Shown here piece after piece: positions 56,780 to 64,000 of a stretch of 64,000 nt of DNA. Numbering within the stretch: the first letter of the stretch is position 1; each line of letters opens with the position of its first letter. Source of the stretch: the human T2T-CHM13v2.0 reference genome, Homo sapiens; assembly GCF_009914755.1 (NCBI RefSeq), contig NC_060940.1, one strand, 5' to 3'. Under the pieces are notes generated by a model that searched no databases, had not been told where the DNA came from, and saw nothing but the letters and a program-made list of their open reading frames with translations. Both the position numbers and the translations under genes were made by a program.

Positions 56780-57582
56780 CTCAGTGTAGTGAATTTTTAA
56801 GAAAATAAAAATAAATACGAGAGATGGATCTTCTGGATTGCTCATGACTTTTGAGAGTATGACAGAAGTTGGAGAGTAACTGACTTATTTATTAAACAGA
56901 TGAACAAGACACTGAATCATGGAAAAATGATCTATTCAGAATTTTTATTTTGGTATAAGTTACAATGTTTTATTTGCATTCACATTACTGGATCAAGGGA
57001 AGACATTCTTAAGTGCAGACTAATCAAAAGCTGACTGTATTTCCTGAGTTGAAATTTTAGGTGTGTTTTGCGACAGTTTGTAAGAAAGACAAGTGGAAGT
57101 TTCCTCTGCTTTAGCAAAGCTGCTTGAACATGAACCTTCTGGAAACTTTCATGCAAGTCGTAGGAGCAAGTCGTGCAGATTTTCAAGGATTTGTTTTATT
57201 CAGTAAAATAAAGTGCTGCTATACTGTAAGTTTTAGGAGGCAGGAGTTTTTATCTTTTGCTTATTAATATGTCACTGATGATTAAACAGTATGTAATGCA
57301 AAGTAGGTGTTCACTAATAATTATTGAAGAAATAAAGTGTCATTTCTGTGTTGTTTTAATTTGGATTTATTAGTAAGGGCAACTTATTTGACTATTAGTT
57401 CTAATGATTAAAATGTAATGAGCATTAAGGAAATAAAAGGTTCTATGTGGATTTTGAAGTTCATCTCTATCAATTTGAGGTTGAATGGGAAGAACAGTTT
57501 TCTTGACATCCTTCAGCTGTGTTACGAGTACAATTTTGTTTTTTACTCAGGCAAAAGAAAATATGTGTGTGTGTGTTAAATA

Positions 57583-57917
57583 CAGTCAGTCCCCTTTATC
57601 TGTGGGTCCTGCATCCTCACTTTCTACCAACCTCAGATCAAAAATATTCCAGAAAAAAAAGGATGTTTGCATCTGTAGTGAACACGTACAAGCTTTTTTT
57701 CTTGTCATTATTCTTTATGCAATAAAGTGTAACAACCATTTAAGTAGCATTTCCATTGTATTAGGTATTGTGAGTAATCTAGAGATAATTTGAAGGATAT
57801 TGGAGGGGGTGTCCAGGATGCAGGCAAGTACTATGGGAATTTATGTCAGGGACACCTACAGATTTTTGTTTCCAGCCATGGTTCCTGTATAATTTAACAT
57901 TCCCACATGCTGAGGGT
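57583..57917. mobile_element. Tigger3a/MER7-like DNA-transposon remnant
   Basis: TA|CAGTCAGTCCCCTTTATCTGTGGGT...CATTGTATTAGGTATTGTGAGTAATCTAGAGAT, matching a recalled consensus. Confidence 0.7.
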
Positions 57918-58888
57918 GTGATGGGTATGAGTTGGGTTGATCCCTCATGTTTGAGGCAGTGTGTCCATCATGATTGCACACCCTTGTTGTAAACTTTGGA
58001 TATGTCTATTTCGATATTTAAAACATTTTCAGATTAAGTCTGAAAATGCCAAGACATTAATAATATTTTAAAAGAGAGTTGAGAAGTATTATTATAATAA
58101 TAGAACTCATTATTAGAACTTTCTAATAGTAGAAAGGAAGTCTATTTATTTTATAAAATTGTCAGTTCACCTTAAGATCTAATAGTCCTTTCCAATTAGC
58201 AACAACTTAATTCAGACTACCTCAAAAGAATAATTTAACATTTATTTTTGTAGGAAAAAAACAATTTTAAAATAGCCTGGGAAAATTTAGGTAAGTTTTC
58301 CTTAATCTTGACTCTTAATTTGTGGCTAGAAGTGGTAATGATATGAACATAAGTTGTGTTATTTATTAACATATTGCTTTTCATAAATCAGTCCCTTTTT
58401 TGTAATTAGGTAAAAAGAGAAAAGAAAGACATTCTTGATTTTGGTGACTAGAGTTGTAGATGCTGGAAAGCTTTGCCACTAAAACTGACAAACCAGATGC
58501 TCGTCACTGGCCAATCACGCTGATTCTTAATGCCATAAGTATGAACATACAGTAAAAAACTGTTGATGGAATACATCGGTCTTATGAAATGAAATGTTTT
58601 GGTTAAGGATTTTTTAAACAAATTTCACATTACACTACTGGCTTTACTAAATCTGAGTCTTGTATTTCTGAACAGGGCACCATGGCCCAGCACTGTCACC
58701 TTTTCCAAGGAACCTGCTGGAGCTCCTGTGGAAGCTGCTCCTTGGGCCGATGAAATCCCTTAGCTGGTAGGACCTTCTTTAGTCACCACAGGATGCCTGC
58801 CATTCATGAACAGGAAGGAGAGGATGGGCTTTGAATAAAAAACAGGTAAGTTTCCAAACTGCTTTTCTCTCATTAAGATTTCAATCTT

Positions 58889-59191
58889 GGCCAGGTGTGG
58901 TGGCTCACGCCTGTAATCTCAGTATTTTGGGAGGCCACGGCGGGCAGATCATGAGGTCAGGATATACAGACCATCCTGGCCAACTGGAGAAACTCCATCT
59001 CTTCTAAAAAATACAAAATTAGCTGGGCGTGGTGGTGGGTGCTTATAATCCCAGCTACTTGGGAGGCTGAGGCAGAAGAATCACTTGAACCCAGGAGGCG
59101 GAGGCTGTGGTGAGCCAAGATCCCTTGCACTCCATCCTGGGCAACAAGAGCGAAACTCCTTTACAAAAAAAAAAAAAAAAAAAAAAAAAAA
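58889..59191 (+). mobile_element. Alu (AluS-like)
   Basis: Full dimer with a long poly-A. Confidence 0.9.
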
Positions 59192-60203
59192 CGCTCCTCT
59201 GAGTTGCACATGGCTTGTCCACTGCCTGGTTACATACAAACTGTGTGCTCAGTCTGCTCTTAGGACCTTACAGAAGAAGTGTCTGGCCCACATCAGTGTG
59301 AATGCTTTTGCTTGGAATGCTTGCCCACAGCTCCCCCGGGCTGGCTTCTTCTGGGAAGCTTTCCTCCATTCTGCAGATTACTCATAAATAGCAGTCCTTT
59401 AACTCCATGGTTTCCCACACTCCTTCTGCAGACGGTAATGTGACGTCCCTCTCCTTATCTATATTCTTCTCTGGAGCACAAGCTCTAAGGATGGGAATAA
59501 CATCATCTCAGCACCTAGCTCAGTCGTTTAGACAAAGGAAACATGAAAGAAATATTTGCCAAAATAATTGAATACAGGATCTTCAACTCAGATTATTTTC
59601 TTTGTTAGGATCCGGAAAATATTTGTGAGGCCACTTGGACTTCAGTGTGAAATAAATATTTTCTGGCTTTGGGAGGTGTCCCTCTTGGTGGAACACAGTA
59701 AGTGTCAAAGATGGACACATAGTCCATTATTTGTAGTGTATGGGAGCAGACCACAAATTAATGTTTGGAGAACAATTTTGTCGTAACAGACACTGTTGAG
59801 GCTCAGCTGTACAGAACTGGAAAAGTCTTTCAGCTTGGCACATGTCCTGATTCAGCCTTTGTTTAACATATATTCCAATCTGGATTCTATCTTCACTGGC
59901 TAGAAAGACCACCTGATATGTGCACCACAACACAGGAGCTGCTGGAGAGGGGGTAGTATTATCACCTCAAACTCACAGCCACTCCATATTTTTCAAAAGC
60001 CAGCTTAGACAGAGGTGTACTGATAGCTGCACAGAGAAAATGCGGTCCATCCATTCTTCTCAGTGATGTACATTTCTCAATCAGCAACCACGTGGTTTTA
60101 GCAAAAACCACAGAAGTGGTTTTGATGTACCAGCCTTGAGTGTCACATCTCCCAACCATACCAAATGGGTCACCTAACTGGGGGTGGGGGGTGGCCGTCA
60201 TAA

Positions 60204-60623
<420 letters not shown>

Positions 60624-60733
60624 TAAGAATTTTCTATCTAGTTTAGATCTAAGCCCTTTATCAGATATGTGTTTTGCAAATATTTTCTCCTAGTCTGTGG
60701 CTTATATTCTGTCTGTCTGTCTCTCTCTCTCTC

Positions 60734-60969
60734 TTTTTTTTTTTTTTTGCATGCCCCACGTCCCGGGTTCATGCCATTCTCCTGCCTCAGCCTCCAGAGT
60801 AGCTGGGACCACAGGCGCCCGCCACCGTGCCCGGCTAATTTTTTGTATTTTCAGTAGAGACGGGGTTTCGCTCTGCTAGACAGGATGGTCTAGATATCCT
60901 GACCTCATGATCCGCCCACCTCAGCCTCCCAAAGTGCTGGGGTTACAGGCGTGAGCCACTGCGCCTGGC
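60734..60969 (-). mobile_element. AluY-like, with part of the right arm deleted
   Basis: GGTTCATGCCATTCTCC and CAGGATGGTCT diagnostics; retains CpGs. Confidence 0.8.
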
Positions 60970-61911
60970 TGTATTCTGTCTCTTAACACCCATTTTATTT
61001 TTACTTTTGGAACTAAAGAAGAGGAACAGTAGTCAGCTTTCTGTTATTCTTGTCACAGTAATGGCAGAACCAATTCTGCTAATGCTACGCTGAGCAAAGA
61101 AAGTCACATGGTCAAGTCCAACATTAATGAAATGGGGTAGTACGTGCAGGTGGGGGAGGGGAAAAAGAAATGCTTCTTAAGAGGGATATAATCTGCCATA
61201 CCATCCAGGAACCTACAATGGCTTTCTATCACCTTATTCTCTGGTTTGTTTCATGTTGGAATCTTTCTGAAAGATCCTTCAACCTTTCTGTAAGAATCTA
61301 ATCTGATAACACCATCAAAAACACACTTCTTTTGGCATAATTTAAATTCTAACACATCATTCACATTTATCTATGTTACATATATAAGAACTTACCCACC
61401 ATATTCCTCCTTGAGGAATTACAGCATGTAATTCTGTAAACCATGTAATTCTATAACCATTTTTACAATCGTCTAACAATGTTATAATGGATTGGTTGCT
61501 TACTATCAATTTTTTAAAAGTCATGGTTTCTCCAGGCATTTCTTGCTCATCAAAATTATTTCATGAGATGGGTCTGTCCTTGTATATTTGAAAATGATGT
61601 TTGCTTCCTTCTACTTAAAAAACAACTTGAACATACCTGTTTGGATCACATGGTCTTGTCCTGATTACTTGGTAGAGGTTTCTTCAGCATTGTTATTATT
61701 GTTGGGGTGGTAATTATTAATGTATTTCATATTCTGTTTTAAAAATTAAAATTTTAAAGACCAATGTCTTCTTTTCAATTCCAGTACATTTTTCAGAAGT
61801 AACTAATGCTATTGGCTTGCGCATTATAATTCCAGACCATTTTATATGTCCTTAGTTATATATACAGTGTGCATATACATGTGTCAAATTATTCCATTTC
61901 TTCTAGCATTA

Positions 61912-62329
<418 letters not shown>

Positions 62330-62904
62330 CGTGTAATTTCATCTCAAATAAATAAATGTGTATAGCTCATTGTTCATTATTGTATGGCATTTTCCTGGAC
62401 ATTTTGTACAATACATATGTGTACTTAACAATGGAAGAAAAATATTCCAAATATAGTAGAAGAAAAAAAAATTTTGGCCAGAGGTTTCCAACACATTTTA
62501 TTTTGCAGATCACAGATTTAAAGCTTTTGAAGACCATCATCTCTATCAATTCCTATAAAATGTCCAATCAATTTCAGTTTCATAGCAGGCTCTTCTGTAC
62601 TGCATGCCATGCTTATAGCTGGAGGTCTGGTCACACACACATGAAGGTTGCCCGCTGGTTCCTGGAGATGGTCATGTCCAAGAAGCCTCTTCCAGGGAGC
62701 TTCATCTTCCCGGCGGGGGGGTTCCTTTGGCAAGAAGTGGATACGTTTACACATGAGGCTTTGGTGCCTGTGAGCGGGAAGTGTCAGAAACTTTCAGGAT
62801 ATGCTGCTTCTCTTAGGAAGTCAGGGACCCAAGGATCTAGTGCCCTTGCGCTTAATGAGAAGGATTCCTCCTCATTGTTTAGTGGGTTAAAATACAAGGA
62901 AGCC

Positions 62905-63252
<348 letters not shown>

Positions 63253-63306
63253 TTAAGTAACACAGATAACACCTTTTTAGATCACCTATTTATTCTAGAA
63301 CTACAG

Positions 63307-63687
<381 letters not shown>

Positions 63688-63784
63688 TAAAATCTAGTCT
63701 TTTCCGGTAAATTGCACTTTAGTCAAAACCCTCCCAATGCTTCTAAAATAATACTAAAAGGGGCATCTAGTAATACAGGAGCAA

Positions 63785-64000
63785 TTTTTTTTTTTTTTGA
63801 GGTGGCTCGATCTCAGCTCACTGCAAACTCTGCCAACCAGGTTCAAGTGATTCTTGTGCCTCAGACTCCCAAGTAGTTGGGATTGCAGGCGCCCACCACC
63901 ATGCCCAGCTAATATTTGTATTTTTAGTAGAGACGAGGTTTCACCATGTTGGCCAGGCTGGTCTTGAACTCCTGACCTCAGGTGATCCACCCACCTCAGC
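63785..64000 (-). mobile_element. Alu (partial, runs off the window)
   Basis: Reverse Alu with poly-T and an internal deletion. Confidence 0.88.

Noticed and set aside
57895-57920. FPHA-like match to a further CEP192 exon
   Set aside because: It is better explained as the terminus of the Tigger3a-like element.

Overview
Primate (human/great-ape-like) pericentromeric boundary, not a microbial locus. 1-~22,660 is diverged, non-higher-order alpha satellite (~171-bp monomers). It has an internal layer of two alternating monomer types (~12.2-19.0 kb), a twin-primed L1PA insertion with target-site duplication (TSD) at 8.9-10.7 kb, and a rearrangement where a short inverted alpha block (a near-identical copy of 15.0-15.4 kb) abuts an isolated young L1 5'UTR (19.46-20.37 kb). 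After the array come ~1.7 kb of Alu/MIR-containing sequence and a degenerate ~34-bp satellite (24.4-27.35 kb). A duplicated gene block follows on the + strand: a multi-exon FAM153-family paralogue (30.8-46.1 kb) and a heavily deleted, unprocessed CEP192 pseudogene (49.2-59.7 kb), among many Alu/L1/MIR/MLT/Tigger repeats. The most notable observation is that the only stop-containing FAM153-like exon has also lost its splice donor, and skipping it gives an uninterrupted 159-aa ORF with an N-terminal myristoylation/palmitoylation motif. Nearly all ORFs in the supplied track are repeat artefacts. Protein-family and repeat-subfamily assignments come from recalled human sequences and need BLAST/RepeatMasker confirmation.
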